DNA from: Fibrobacteria bacterium
Lineage (GTDB): Bacteria; Fibrobacterota; Fibrobacteria; UBA11236; JADFYW01
Direction: 5' to 3'
NCBI GenBank assembly: GCA_050294405.1
Contig: JBNKOC010000012.1
Coordinates: forward strand, 103,031-135,030
DNA: 32,000 nucleotides
Below the pieces are notes generated by a model. That model was not told where the DNA came from. It saw nothing but the letters and a program-made list of their open reading frames with translations, and searched no databases. Below are positions 1-9,490 of this stretch, piece after piece; positions within the stretch are counted from its first letter, which is position 1, and every line of letters starts with the position of its first letter. The position numbers were made by a program, and so were the translations under genes.

Positions 1-1
1 A

Positions 2-436
2 GCGCGACCTATGGGAGGAGTGTTTTCAGATAGATTTGGCCGCAGGGGCACTTTGTTAGTTTTGTTTTCTTGCCTCTTTTTTACATATATTGGCATGGGT
101 TTTTTAAATAGCAGTTGGCCCCTGGTTTTTGCCATCATGTTAACTATGCTGTGTTCCTTTTGCGTTCAGTCCGCCGAAGGAGCGGTGTTTTCCATTGTTC
201 CCTTAATAAAAAGACGCATAACAGGCCAAATTGCAGGTATGGTCGGGGCTTACGGTAATGTGGGAGGAGTTTGCTTTCTCACAATTTATAGTTTAGCGAG
301 CCCGCAGGTGTTTTTCTATTCTATTGCCGGATTTAGCCTCATTTCATTAGCCAGTAGCCTGGCGCTAAAAGATCCTAAAGGCAAGATAATGGAAGTGCAG
401 CCCGATGGAACAATAGAAATGCTTGAAGTCGCCTAA
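2..436 (+). CDS. narK: MFS nitrate/nitrite transporter (NNP/NarK family), C-terminal fragment; the 5' end lies beyond the window edge
   Basis: The reading frame is open to the window edge. The product is hydrophobic and TM-rich. It has a GGVFSDRFGRRG loop motif and the glycine-rich GMVGAYGNVGG nitrate/nitrite-porter signature. It sits next to nirBD. Confidence 0.8.
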   Translation, partial: ARPMGGVFSDRFGRRGTLLVLFSCLFFTYIGMGFLNSSWPLVFAIMLTMLCSFCVQSAEGAVFSIVPLIKRRITGQIAGMVGAYGNVGGVCFLTIYSLASPQVFFYSIAGFSLISLASSLALKDPKGKIMEVQPDGTIEMLEVA

Positions 437-440
437 CCAC

Positions 441-488
441 CGGAGTAGAAAACGTTCTCTTGATGTTTCTACTCCGATATTTCTATTT
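441..488 (+). terminator. Rho-independent terminator candidate after the transporter gene
   Basis: Perfect 11-bp inverted repeat CGGAGTAGAAA (441-451) / TTTCTACTCCG (466-476) with a 14-nt loop, followed by the T-rich ATATTTCTATTT. It starts 5 nt after the stop codon, between convergent genes. Confidence 0.6.
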
Positions 489-626
489 AAGTGGCCCTTA
501 TAGTCGAGCTCAATTTACATTCCACTTCGATTTGCTTTGCGATGGCACGGAAATTTGATAGATCCTCAAATAAGTAAGTGGCAATCTTTATCGGGGACTT
601 TGTTGCTGCCCCTTTTAAAAGTTTAA

Positions 627-974
627 TTATTCCTGCAGTCCGATATAAACAAAGCCTTTTTCAACTCGCACATTATAGATTTGAATTTTATAGTTTTCAC
701 CGCTTAAGCACTCCCCATTGGTTAGAGAAAATGTTTTTTTATGATGGGGACAGGCAACTTTTGGAATACCATCTTTTGTGCCGGTTAAGCCTCTAGCTAA
801 TACATTATCTCTTTTGTGAGGACATAAATTTTGACAAGCATACCAGTGCTTGTAATTAGAAAAATTAAATATGGCGATTTGTTTGCCCTTTAATTTTGCA
901 CAGGCTCCTCCATTCATTGGGAAATCTGATACGGCAGAAACCTTATGCCAAGTAGTGCTTTGCTGAGCAATCAT
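627..974 (-). CDS. nirD: Nitrite reductase [NAD(P)H] small subunit (Rieske-like)
   Basis: 115 aa with the NirD pattern ...FNF...WYACQNLCPHK...VACPHHKKTF.... The start overlaps the nirB stop by 4 nt (ATGA), and a GAGG Shine-Dalgarno lies inside the nirB 3' end. Confidence 0.9.
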   Translation of the reverse strand: MIAQQSTTWHKVSAVSDFPMNGGACAKLKGKQIAIFNFSNYKHWYACQNLCPHKRDNVLARGLTGTKDGIPKVACPHHKKTFSLTNGECLSGENYKIQIYNVRVEKGFVYIGLQE

Positions 975-3493
975 GCTTTAACCTCTTCTAATTCATTAAC
1001 GATCCATTGGTTAGGGCGCTTTTGTCCCCGTTCATAAATCCATTGTATGTTATCGTCACCTTCATTACTATTAATAAAATGCCGGAATTTTTTACGCTTT
1101 TCAGGGTTTTCAACAGTGGATTTCCATTCGCACTGGTAAGTGTCAATTAGATGCAGCATATCTTTTTCTAAAGTATCGGCGATTCCGAGCTTGTCTTCTA
1201 TAATAACCTCTTTTAAATAGTCTAATCCACCTTGGAGTTTATTAAACCAGGTTGCGGTGCGCGTCAATTTGTCTGCCGTTTTGATATAATACATAATAAA
1301 TCGATCTAAATAACGCACCACAGTTTCTTCTGGAATATCAGTTGCAAGTAAAACTCCATGTTGAGGTTTGGCTCCGCCATTTCCACATACATATAAATTC
1401 CACCCCTTGTCAGTGGCCACAACTCCAAAGTCCTTTGATTGAGCTTCTGCACATTCCCTTACGCATCCAGAACAGGCACTTTTTAGCTTATGCGGGGCTC
1501 TAATTCCTTTATAACGGTTTTCAAGGCGGATAGCAAATCCTGTGGAGTCTTGAACGCCGTAACGGCACCAAGTTGAACCGACACAGCTTTTAACGGTGCG
1601 CAAGGCTTTTCCATAAGCGTGACCACTTTCAAGCCCAACAGCTATCAATTCCTCCCATATTTTGGGAAGTTCATGTAATTGAGCTCCGAAAAGATCTATT
1701 CTTTGGCCACCAGTGATTTTACAATACAAGTTGTATTTTTTTGCAACACTGCCAATGGTAATGAGCTGCTCTGGAAGAATTTCTCCTCCGGGAACACGAG
1801 GAACCACTGAATAAGTCCCTCCCTTTTGTATGTTGGCTAAAAATCTATCATTGGTGTCTTGCAATGTGTCTTGTTCCAAAATCATTTCGTTCCACACGCT
1901 GGCGAATATAGAAGCAATGGCAGGTTTACATACCTCACAGCCCTCTCCACGTCCGTGTTTTAAAAGAAGTTCTGAAAAACTTTTAATTTCCCCGATTTTA
2001 ATCAAGTCGAATAGTTCTTGTCTGGAGTAAGGGAAATGCTCGCAAATGGAGTGTGAAACTGCTTTGCCCTCAGATTCTAGGACGGCATTTAAAATGTCCT
2101 GAACCATTGGTAGACAGCCTCCACAGCCAGTTCCAGCATTTGTACAGTTTTTGAGGGCGCCAATTTCAGTAACGCCGTCTCGAACAGCATTTACGATATC
2201 CCCTTTAGATATGTTGTTACAAGAGCAAATTTGCGCTGAGTCAGGCAAAAAGGCTATTGACATGGGGTTTTCACCTTCTCCGCCTCTTTTGCCAAGTAAT
2301 AGCTCTTCTGGATCTTTAGGAACTGCTGTTTTGTTTTTCATAACTTGTAGCAGTTGATTGTATAGGGAAGCATCCCCTACTAACATACCTCCCAGTAAAT
2401 AGTCTCCATATTTTGATAGGGTAAGTCTTTGGTATACTCCTTTGGGATCGTTTTGATATACCATTGTTTTGGAATCAGGAGTTTCTCCGAAAGCATCTCC
2501 AAAGTTTGCTACATCAACTCCCATTAGCTTTAGCTTTGTGGGAGTGTCGGCACCCTTAAACTCTTTCCTGTCGCCTAGAAGATTACTTGCTAAAACGTCA
2601 GCCATTTCATAGCCAGGAGCTACTAAACCATAAATTAAACCGTTATGCAGTGCCACCTCTCCGATAGCATAAATGTCGGGGTCGGAAGTCTGCAATTTGT
2701 TGTTAATTATGACCCCTCCTCTTGGATGCACATCAAGACCGCAATCTTTGGCGAGTTCGTCTCTGGGGCGAATCCCAGCGGAAACTATGATCATATCCAC
2801 ATCTAGCTCTTCGCCATTTTTAAACAACATTTTTTGTACTTTGCCGTTTCCTTGAATTTCTTGGGTTTGAGTATCTGTATGAACTTTAACTCCTAAGGAT
2901 TCGATACTATTTTTGAGTAACCTACCTCCCATATCATCAATTTGGCGGGGCATAAGTCTTGGCGCAAATTCAATTACATGAGTTTTGAGCCCAAGATCTA
3001 AGGCTGCTTTGGCTGCTTCTAAGCCTAAAAGCCCACCTCCAATAACCGCTGCCTTCTTACTGCTTTTTGAGTATTCAATTATCTGTTCCAAGTCTTCAAT
3101 AGTTCGGTATACAAAGACGCCTTTTTTGTCTACACCTGGGATGGGTGGAACAAAGGCAGATGACCCTGTTGCAAGAACAATTGCATGATAAGGAATTGAA
3201 ACCCCTTTTTCGCTTAATACTAATTTTTTCTCTCTATCTATTTTGGCGGCTTTGTCTCCTACATGCAGTTCAATCTTGTTTTTTTTGTACCAATCTAAAC
3301 TTCCTAACATAAGAGGTTCGGCAGAACGTTCTTCAAAAAATTTTGTCAATTGAACCCGGTCATAAGCTGGCCTAGGTTCTTCGCAAAAAGTAATGAGGTT
3401 ATACTTAATATGATAGGCCTTCTCCACCAGCTTTTCGCAAAGTTTGTGGCCAACCATTCCATTTCCAATAACAATTAAATTTTTCATTTCCAT
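971..3493 (-). CDS. nirB: Nitrite reductase [NAD(P)H] large subunit
   Basis: 840 aa. N-terminal Rossmann motif VIGNGMVGHK and a second dinucleotide fold (AAVIGGGLLGLEAA). BFD-like Cys cluster (ICSCNN...GTGCGGC). C-terminal sulfite/nitrite reductase siroheme-4Fe4S cysteines (CVGSTWCRYG, SGCVRECAEA). Confidence 0.95.
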   Translation of the reverse strand: MEMKNLIVIGNGMVGHKLCEKLVEKAYHIKYNLITFCEEPRPAYDRVQLTKFFEERSAEPLMLGSLDWYKKNKIELHVGDKAAKIDREKKLVLSEKGVSIPYHAIVLATGSSAFVPPIPGVDKKGVFVYRTIEDLEQIIEYSKSSKKAAVIGGGLLGLEAAKAALDLGLKTHVIEFAPRLMPRQIDDMGGRLLKNSIESLGVKVHTDTQTQEIQGNGKVQKMLFKNGEELDVDMIIVSAGIRPRDELAKDCGLDVHPRGGVIINNKLQTSDPDIYAIGEVALHNGLIYGLVAPGYEMADVLASNLLGDRKEFKGADTPTKLKLMGVDVANFGDAFGETPDSKTMVYQNDPKGVYQRLTLSKYGDYLLGGMLVGDASLYNQLLQVMKNKTAVPKDPEELLLGKRGGEGENPMSIAFLPDSAQICSCNNISKGDIVNAVRDGVTEIGALKNCTNAGTGCGGCLPMVQDILNAVLESEGKAVSHSICEHFPYSRQELFDLIKIGEIKSFSELLLKHGRGEGCEVCKPAIASIFASVWNEMILEQDTLQDTNDRFLANIQKGGTYSVVPRVPGGEILPEQLITIGSVAKKYNLYCKITGGQRIDLFGAQLHELPKIWEELIAVGLESGHAYGKALRTVKSCVGSTWCRYGVQDSTGFAIRLENRYKGIRAPHKLKSACSGCVRECAEAQSKDFGVVATDKGWNLYVCGNGGAKPQHGVLLATDIPEETVVRYLDRFIMYYIKTADKLTRTATWFNKLQGGLDYLKEVIIEDKLGIADTLEKDMLHLIDTYQCEWKSTVENPEKRKKFRHFINSNEGDDNIQWIYERGQKRPNQWIVNELEEVKA

Positions 3494-3533
3494 AACTTAC
3501 TAATCGGTTTTGTGAGATAACTAATAACGTGAA

Positions 3534-3549
3534 AGCAAAACCTATACCA
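3534..3549 (-). promoter_or_regulatory. Sigma-54 (-24/-12) promoter candidate for nirBD
   Basis: The minus strand reads TGGTATA-GGTT-TTGCT. The invariant GG and GC are separated by exactly 10 nt, matching the consensus TGGCACG-N4-TTGCW. The GC lies about 42 nt upstream of the nirB ATG. Confidence 0.55.
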
Positions 3550-3605
3550 TCTCCAAACCTTGTTTTTTGTTAAAAAATAAGGAAAATGGAGCGTTGCTGG
3601 AATAA

Positions 3606-3641
3606 ATTGTCATACAATTTTCTGACAATACTTGACATTGT
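3606..3641. promoter_or_regulatory. Cluster of ATTGT/ACAAT pentamers forming nested palindromes; possible activator or operator site in the nirB / kinase divergent region
   Basis: ATTGT at 3606-3610 and 3637-3641; ACAAT at 3614-3618 and 3625-3629. These include the 7-bp-arm palindrome ATTGTCA-N10-TGACAAT (3606-3629). The cluster lies about 60-105 bp upstream of the sigma-54 candidate. Confidence 0.35.
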
Positions 3642-3658
3642 ATATTAACCCCTAAATA
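3632..3658 (+). promoter_or_regulatory. Sigma-70-like promoter candidate for the PP2C/kinase gene
   Basis: TTGACA at 3632-3637, a 15-16 nt spacer, then TAAATA/AAATAT at 3653-3659. This would place the transcription start after the ORF-track ATG at 3660 and so favour the ATG at 3714. Confidence 0.3.
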
Positions 3659-3659
3659 T

Positions 3660-5441
3660 ATGAGTTTCACAGAGTCTCTTTTTTGGTACAAGTGTTGCTC
3701 TTTCATAATAAATATGATAGCCATCCAAGAACGCAATAATCACAAGCTAGAAATAGTTTTGGGTCAATCCAGTTTGACTGGTCTTAGGGAGCGTAATGAA
3801 GATTTTTATGCATGTATTAAGCCGCAAAAGGTATCGACTTTAAATTACAAGGGTATTGCAGCAGTAATTGCGGATGGTGTTGGAGATACGGGTTATGGAC
3901 AAGAGGCTAGCCGTTATGCGGTGAGCACTTTTTTCTCAGAATATTTCAGTACTCCCGATTCTTGGAGCATAGAGCGATCCGGGGAAGAGGTGATAAAATC
4001 CATTAACAGTTGGTTGTACTCCCAGTCAGAACGCAACATTGGGGATAGTGGCCTTATGACGGCTTTCTCTGCAGCTATTTTATGTGGAAGCACTCTGCAT
4101 ATTTTCCATGTGGGAGACACAAGAATTTATTTAAAAGCAAAAAATAAATTAAAAAGGCTCACCAAGGATCATAGGGCTCATCACGGCCAAAATCAAATAA
4201 TTCGGGCATTGGGGTTAGATAGTAATGTTTACATCGATTATACACAGGAGATATTGGAACCAGATTCTTCTGTTATTATGATGACGGATGGCGTGCATAA
4301 TTATTTATCTGATGATAAAATCACAGGTTTTTTAAATAAGTTTGCAGCTCCTCAAGTGGCTTCAGAAGCATTAACAATGGCATCTCTTCGTGAGGGAAGT
4401 ACTGATAACATAAGCTGTCAAATAATTAACATAAAACACCTTCCTCCGTCGACAAAAAATGAAATTTATCAACGTTCCCGTGACTTGAAATTCCCCCCTC
4501 CCTTGAAAGTGGGTGCTTTTGTGGATTCTTATGAAATTCAGGAAGAACTAGGTTATGGAGCTATGGGGATAGTGTATTCCGCTTACGATTCTAAGAATGA
4601 TAAAGTGGTGGCTTTAAAGTGTCCCCGACAAGAATTTGAACAGGATATTATTTTCAGGGAAAGGCTCCTAAGGGAGGAATGGATTGGCCAGCGAGTTCAC
4701 AATCCAAATTTGATGAAAGTGCTGAATCCGAGTCATGTGCGCATGGAATACCATTATTTGGTAATGGAGTATTGTAAGGGATTTTCTCTTCGGGAACAAT
4801 TGGATAGTGGTAAGCATTTTAGTCATAATGATGTTGTTGAAATTGCTAAACAAATATGCAGAGGGTTGACAGAACTTCATCACATGGAAATTGTCCATAG
4901 GGATATTAAACCTGATAGTATTATTTGGAGTCAAGACGGTATGGTTAAGATAATCGACTATGGCATAGCCAAAGTTGGTAGTTTAAAATCTTTAACTTCA
5001 AATGCCAACGCTCCATGGATGGGAAGTCCCAATTACATGGCTCCTGAGATGTTCAAAAACAGTAGGGGGAATTCTGTCACGGATATATTCAGCCTTGGTG
5101 TCACCATGTATGAACTGTTAACAAGCTCCATGCCATATGGGGAGATAGACGCTGGAAAAGGTTATAAGAATACTGAGTTTGTTTCTTTACAAGAACTAAA
5201 CCCGGAAGTACCTAGCTGGCTTTCTACGGTGGTAGTTAAATGTTTGCACTTAGATCCTGACTCACGGTATCAAGCTGCTTCAGAAGTTCTATATGATTTG
5301 GAACATCCAGAAAAGGTTTTGCCTGATATGCGTTTTATTCCTTTATTGGAACGAAACCCTGTACTTGTTTGGAAAGTGATTTCGGCGACATTGCTTGGGA
5401 TTGTAGTTGTTTTGTCAGTGCTTTTGATTCGAGGGCGTTAA
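3660..5441 (+). CDS. Bifunctional PP2C-type Ser/Thr phosphatase / Hanks-type Ser/Thr kinase with a C-terminal membrane anchor (true start probably the ATG at 3714)
   Basis: PP2C motifs: AVIADGVGD, HVGDTRIY, MMTDGVHNY, GSTDNIS. Kinase motifs: GYGAMG P-loop, VALK lysine, HRDIKPDS catalytic loop, DYG, APE. The last ~25 residues are hydrophobic (VISATLLGIVVVLSVLLI) followed by RGR. Confidence 0.9.
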   Translation: MSFTESLFWYKCCSFIINMIAIQERNNHKLEIVLGQSSLTGLRERNEDFYACIKPQKVSTLNYKGIAAVIADGVGDTGYGQEASRYAVSTFFSEYFSTPDSWSIERSGEEVIKSINSWLYSQSERNIGDSGLMTAFSAAILCGSTLHIFHVGDTRIYLKAKNKLKRLTKDHRAHHGQNQIIRALGLDSNVYIDYTQEILEPDSSVIMMTDGVHNYLSDDKITGFLNKFAAPQVASEALTMASLREGSTDNISCQIINIKHLPPSTKNEIYQRSRDLKFPPPLKVGAFVDSYEIQEELGYGAMGIVYSAYDSKNDKVVALKCPRQEFEQDIIFRERLLREEWIGQRVHNPNLMKVLNPSHVRMEYHYLVMEYCKGFSLREQLDSGKHFSHNDVVEIAKQICRGLTELHHMEIVHRDIKPDSIIWSQDGMVKIIDYGIAKVGSLKSLTSNANAPWMGSPNYMAPEMFKNSRGNSVTDIFSLGVTMYELLTSSMPYGEIDAGKGYKNTEFVSLQELNPEVPSWLSTVVVKCLHLDPDSRYQAASEVLYDLEHPEKVLPDMRFIPLLERNPVLVWKVISATLLGIVVVLSVLLIRGR

Positions 5442-5463
5442 CAGGTTAACATAAGCCCAAAAA

Positions 5464-5871
5464 TTATTCAGCGGGGAATAAATCGTAAATAAAAACCGGA
5501 GGTTTTATGGGATGCCCTTTTGGATGTATAAAGGCATGCAGCGTTTGCCCTGTGGCAATCGTATTGCCATTTTTTTGAACCTCATAACAAAATTTAATTT
5601 TTGCTTTACCAACAAGATATCGGGTAGATTTTATTGTGATGGTATCGCCAAAAAAAGCAGGTTTTTTGTAGGTAGCTTGGGAAGCTATCACAGGAATGAG
5701 AATGTTATTTTTTTCCATCTCCTGATAGGGGTACCCTAAATCTTCAAAAATTTCGATTCGAGCCGCTTCAAAATAGGTATAGTAATTTCCATGGTGGACA
5801 AAGCCCATGGCATCCGTTTCTGCATATCTGATTTTTATATTAAAGAAATGTGGGTTATGGGGGTGTTCCAT
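5464..5871 (-). CDS. Acyl-CoA thioesterase, 4HBT/YbgC hotdog family
   Basis: 135 aa with the YAETDAMGFVHHGNY active-site region typical of YbgC/4HBT thioesterases. It overlaps the upstream MATE gene by 1 nt. Confidence 0.85.
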   Translation of the reverse strand: MEHPHNPHFFNIKIRYAETDAMGFVHHGNYYTYFEAARIEIFEDLGYPYQEMEKNNILIPVIASQATYKKPAFFGDTITIKSTRYLVGKAKIKFCYEVQKNGNTIATGQTLHAFIHPKGHPIKPPVFIYDLFPAE

Positions 5872-7250
5872 TATGCGGCATTTGGAACGCTTTTTTTAGA
5901 AGCGGTTAATATCCAGATAGTGGCTATACTACCCATTAACATGTTAGTTAGCATAGGGGCGTAGTGAAGGCCGTATTCGCCAAGCGTGGTATGCTTGGAT
6001 AAAATATAACTCAGAGCAAAATTAACGACTGCAATCCTTAATATAGTTATATACATGCTGGGAGTTCCCCTTCCCAGGCCTTGAAAGGCGCCGCCGGCAA
6101 CCATGGCCATTCCTATAAAGCCGTAGCTTAAGCTAACGCAGGATAAATAATGGATAGCAGAAACAAGGGTCTGTTTTTCCGGGTTAAATAACCCCAGTAA
6201 AGGACCTTTTAACAAAAATAAGATGACTCCAACCAATGAAGCGCAGATAAAAACGGATAATAGGCCTTTTACAATGGATTCCCGAACTCTCTCAATATTT
6301 TGCGCACCATAGTTTTGGCCCACCAAAGAAACAATGGCCGACATGATGGATAAGGAGGTAAAAACTCCAATGGTGTCTATTCTCATTCCAATTCCCAATG
6401 CGGCAATTGCAGAAGAGCCAAATGGAGTAGCCAGGGCGGTTAACAGTGTTACCCCTACACCGAACATGGATTGGCTAACGGATGCTGGCAGGGAAACTCT
6501 GATAATGCTTTTTAAATGTTGGGTGTCCGACCAGCTTGGGAGGATGGGCCATTTTAAAGCGCTTTTTCCTTTAAGGAAATACATTACGATAACTAAAGAC
6601 ATGGTGAAGTTTGCCACTACTGTTGCAATAGCTGCTCCAGGTACTCCCCAACCAAGGCCCTGTATATTCATTCCCAAAAATTTAAAACTGTCAAAAATAA
6701 AAAGTGGGTCCAGAATCAAATTTAAAATGGTTCCATAGAACATAGCCATGGATAGGGTTCGCATGTTTCCTTCGGCCCTCAATGCGCCTCCCAAAACAAG
6801 AGCTGAGGAGGTAAACATAAACCCAATCATTACAATTAGCACATAGGATTGGGTCAGGCCGGAAGTTATGGGGTCTACTTTTAATCCGGCCAAATAAAAT
6901 TTTAAAATAAATGGAATGAGTATAATTAAAACTACAAATACTCCCAAAGCAGTGAGAACGGTTTGCGCTAATGTTTGTTCCGCCTCTTTAACTTTTTTTG
7001 CCCCTAAAAGTTGGGCGAGTATGGCAGAACTTCCAGAGTTAAGTCCGTTAAAAAGGGCGAAAGGCACATAGAACATGGGAAAGCCGTAATTGAGAACGGC
7101 CATAGATGCCTGTGTACCCAATCTGGAAACGTACATGGCGTCGGCGATATTGAGCACCATATGAGCTACTAGCCCCAGAAACATGGGCAGTGCCATGCGG
7201 ACTATATGGGGGATTATATTGCCCTGGGTTAAATCTTTTTTGCTTTGCAT
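5871..7250 (-). CDS. MATE family efflux transporter
   Basis: 459 aa, about 12 hydrophobic helices, and an N-terminal ...GNIIPHIVRMALPMFLGLV... pattern typical of MATE (NorM/DinF-like) exporters. Confidence 0.85.
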   Translation of the reverse strand: MQSKKDLTQGNIIPHIVRMALPMFLGLVAHMVLNIADAMYVSRLGTQASMAVLNYGFPMFYVPFALFNGLNSGSSAILAQLLGAKKVKEAEQTLAQTVLTALGVFVVLIILIPFILKFYLAGLKVDPITSGLTQSYVLIVMIGFMFTSSALVLGGALRAEGNMRTLSMAMFYGTILNLILDPLFIFDSFKFLGMNIQGLGWGVPGAAIATVVANFTMSLVIVMYFLKGKSALKWPILPSWSDTQHLKSIIRVSLPASVSQSMFGVGVTLLTALATPFGSSAIAALGIGMRIDTIGVFTSLSIMSAIVSLVGQNYGAQNIERVRESIVKGLLSVFICASLVGVILFLLKGPLLGLFNPEKQTLVSAIHYLSCVSLSYGFIGMAMVAGGAFQGLGRGTPSMYITILRIAVVNFALSYILSKHTTLGEYGLHYAPMLTNMLMGSIATIWILTASKKSVPNAA

Positions 7251-7269
7251 TTGTCCGGCATTTTTTGGC

Positions 7270-7773
7270 CTAGGTGGGCCTTGACCCCCTGGTCATTATG
7301 ATTTTACCGGATCGAACATACTCAATAATGCCAAACTTGTCTAGCATAAGGTGAAGGGCGTCTAGCTTGTCAGAATTGCCGGTAGCTTGCAAAATCAGAT
7401 TTTCTTCTGTTAAATCCACAGTTTGACATTTAAAATGTTTTGAAATTTGCAGAATTTCCGATCTTTGATCCGCATTGCAATTGACTTTGATAAGCAACAG
7501 CTCCTTTTCAATATTTCCTTCGGAAGAATGGTGTTGGGCGTGAATAACGTCCACCAATTTGTTGAGTTGTTTGATGATTTGATCGAATGTTAAGGGATCG
7601 CCACTGGCAACCAGACTCATTCTGGAAAAATTAGGATCGTGAGCCGGAGAAACTACAGCGCTTTCAATATTAAAACCCCTGCGGGCAAAAACCAGGGCGA
7701 TGCGAATAAGAACACCTGGTCGGTTATTTACCAAAAGACTAATTGGATATTGTTCCATTTTTTGACTGTTCAT
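7270..7773 (-). CDS. ilvN: Acetolactate synthase small (regulatory) subunit
   Basis: 167 aa with the ACT-domain start ISLLVNNRPGVLIRIALVFARRGFNIES. It lies directly downstream of ilvB (1-nt gap). Confidence 0.92.
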   Translation of the reverse strand: MNSQKMEQYPISLLVNNRPGVLIRIALVFARRGFNIESAVVSPAHDPNFSRMSLVASGDPLTFDQIIKQLNKLVDVIHAQHHSSEGNIEKELLLIKVNCNADQRSEILQISKHFKCQTVDLTEENLILQATGNSDKLDALHLMLDKFGIIEYVRSGKIIMTRGSRPT

Positions 7774-7774
7774 A

Positions 7775-9490
7775 TTAAGTACTCCCTTTTGGTTTTTCCA
7801 CAGCTTCTTTGGGACGTTCCAGCATCATTTTTGAATAGGGAGCTCCCGCGGGAACCATTGGGAAAACATTATCTTCCTTCTCTACTTCTGCGTGAATCAC
7901 ACAAGGACCTTCGTTATACTCCATAGCCGCTTGCAGCACTTTTCTTACTTCAGCATTTCTTTTAATGCGAAAGCCTTTGCAGCCATAGGCTTCAGCCAGT
8001 TTTACAAAGTTGGGGTTTCCAACCATATCTACACCGGAATATCTGTTATCAAAAAAGATATCTTGCCATTGGCGAACCATGCCTAAATACCGATTGTCTA
8101 TTACCAGTATTTTAATGGGAAGTTTATGAATAACAGCCGTAGAAATTTCGCACAAAGTCATTTGAAAACCGCCGTCACCAACAATAGCTACTACCTGTTC
8201 TTCTGGCATAGCCAATTGAGCGCCGATTGCGGCAGGGAATCCAAATCCCATCGTGCCGGCACCACCGGAAGATATCCAGAAGTTTCTTTTATTTACTTTG
8301 TAAAATTGGGCCGCCCACATTTGATGCTGCCCTACATCGGTAGTCACTATGGCTCCGCCCTGGGTTACATGGTAGAGTTCATCAATTACATATTCGGATT
8401 TTAAGCCCCCCTGTTTTTTGTACTTGAGAGGGTATTGCTTTTTCCATTTTTGAACTTGCTTAACCCAGTTTTCTGTATCTCCAGGTCTTACCATGGTGTT
8501 GAGTTCTTCAACCACCAATCTGGCGTCTCCTAAAACAAAGATATCGGGTTGAATCATCTTTCCATTTTCGGATAGGTCTATGTCAACATGTATCTTTACA
8601 GCGTCTTTACAAAATTCATCCAGTTTGCCAACAATACGGTCATCCCATCTGGAACCAATGGACATTATTAAATCGCAATCCATTACAGCGTAATTGGCGT
8701 ATGCCGTTCCGTGCATACCTAACATCCCTAAGTTTAAAGGATGGGTTTCCGGAAAAGCCCCTTTTCCCAAAAGAGTATTTACCACGGGAATCTTCATTTT
8801 TTCCACTAAATTGGAAATAGCCTTGGAAGCGTTGCTGATAACAGCGCCATGCCCTAATAGCAAAATCGGTTTTTTGGCGTTGTTCAATGCTGTGGCCACA
8901 GCCTGGATGTCCTCAAACTCTCCTCTGCCAGGAATAGTGTAACCAGGAAGATTTTTTTCCACGGAAAAATCGGGTTCGAATGGAGTAGAGGAAACATCCT
9001 TGGGCAAGTCTATGAGAACGGGTCCTGGACGTCCTGTTTCGGCAAGGTAAAAAGATTCTTTAACTATTTTTGGGATTTCCGTAACATCTTTAACCAGGTA
9101 GCTGTGTTTTACAACCGGGTAAGAGATTCCGGATACATCGGCTTCCTGGAAGGCGTCCAAACCTAAATTAGCTGTTATTGTTTGCCCGCAAATGATAATC
9201 ATAGGAATTGAATCCATGTGAGCTGTCATAATTCCTGTTATGGTATTAGTGGCCCCGGGACCGGAAGTGACCAGAACAACACCTGCCTTGCCTGTGGCTC
9301 TGGCATATCCATCTGCCATATGAGTGGCTCCCTGCTCGTGGCGGGAAAGAATTAATTTGATTGGAGAATCAATTATGGCGTCAAAAATAGGAATGCTTGC
9401 GCCACCCGGGTAGCCGAAAATATATTCAACCCCATGCTGTTCTAGCCCATCTATTAGTGCTTGAGCTCCAGTTCTTGTAAGTTTACTCAT
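7775..9490 (-). CDS. ilvB: Acetolactate synthase large (catalytic) subunit, ThDP-dependent
   Basis: 571 aa with [13 protein letters not shown] near the N-terminus and the ThDP-binding IVGDGGFQM...N motif. Length and order are typical of biosynthetic AHAS. Confidence 0.95.
   Translation of the reverse strand: MSKLTRTGAQALIDGLEQHGVEYIFGYPGGASIPIFDAIIDSPIKLILSRHEQGATHMADGYARATGKAGVVLVTSGPGATNTITGIMTAHMDSIPMIIICGQTITANLGLDAFQEADVSGISYPVVKHSYLVKDVTEIPKIVKESFYLAETGRPGPVLIDLPKDVSSTPFEPDFSVEKNLPGYTIPGRGEFEDIQAVATALNNAKKPILLLGHGAVISNASKAISNLVEKMKIPVVNTLLGKGAFPETHPLNLGMLGMHGTAYANYAVMDCDLIMSIGSRWDDRIVGKLDEFCKDAVKIHVDIDLSENGKMIQPDIFVLGDARLVVEELNTMVRPGDTENWVKQVQKWKKQYPLKYKKQGGLKSEYVIDELYHVTQGGAIVTTDVGQHQMWAAQFYKVNKRNFWISSGGAGTMGFGFPAAIGAQLAMPEEQVVAIVGDGGFQMTLCEISTAVIHKLPIKILVIDNRYLGMVRQWQDIFFDNRYSGVDMVGNPNFVKLAEAYGCKGFRIKRNAEVRKVLQAAMEYNEGPCVIHAEVEKEDNVFPMVPAGAPYSKMMLERPKEAVEKPKGST

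Noticed and set aside
578-796. A 72-aa plus-strand ORF
   Set aside because: It lies largely antisense to the well-supported nirD gene and has an odd composition. It is probably spurious.
1830-3188. Four plus-strand ORFs of 60-68 aa (1830-2030, 2151-2357, 2673-2855, 2985-3188)
   Set aside because: All are antisense to nirB, Ser/Pro/Leu-rich and typical of shadow frames.
3542-3736. A 64-aa minus-strand ORF in the nirB / kinase intergenic region
   Set aside because: It overlaps the promoter region and the 5' end of the kinase gene, and it has no Shine-Dalgarno sequence or recognisable motif. The region is better explained as regulatory DNA.
6334-6738. A 134-aa plus-strand ORF
   Set aside because: It lies entirely antisense within the MATE transporter gene and is a shadow ORF of a hydrophobic gene.
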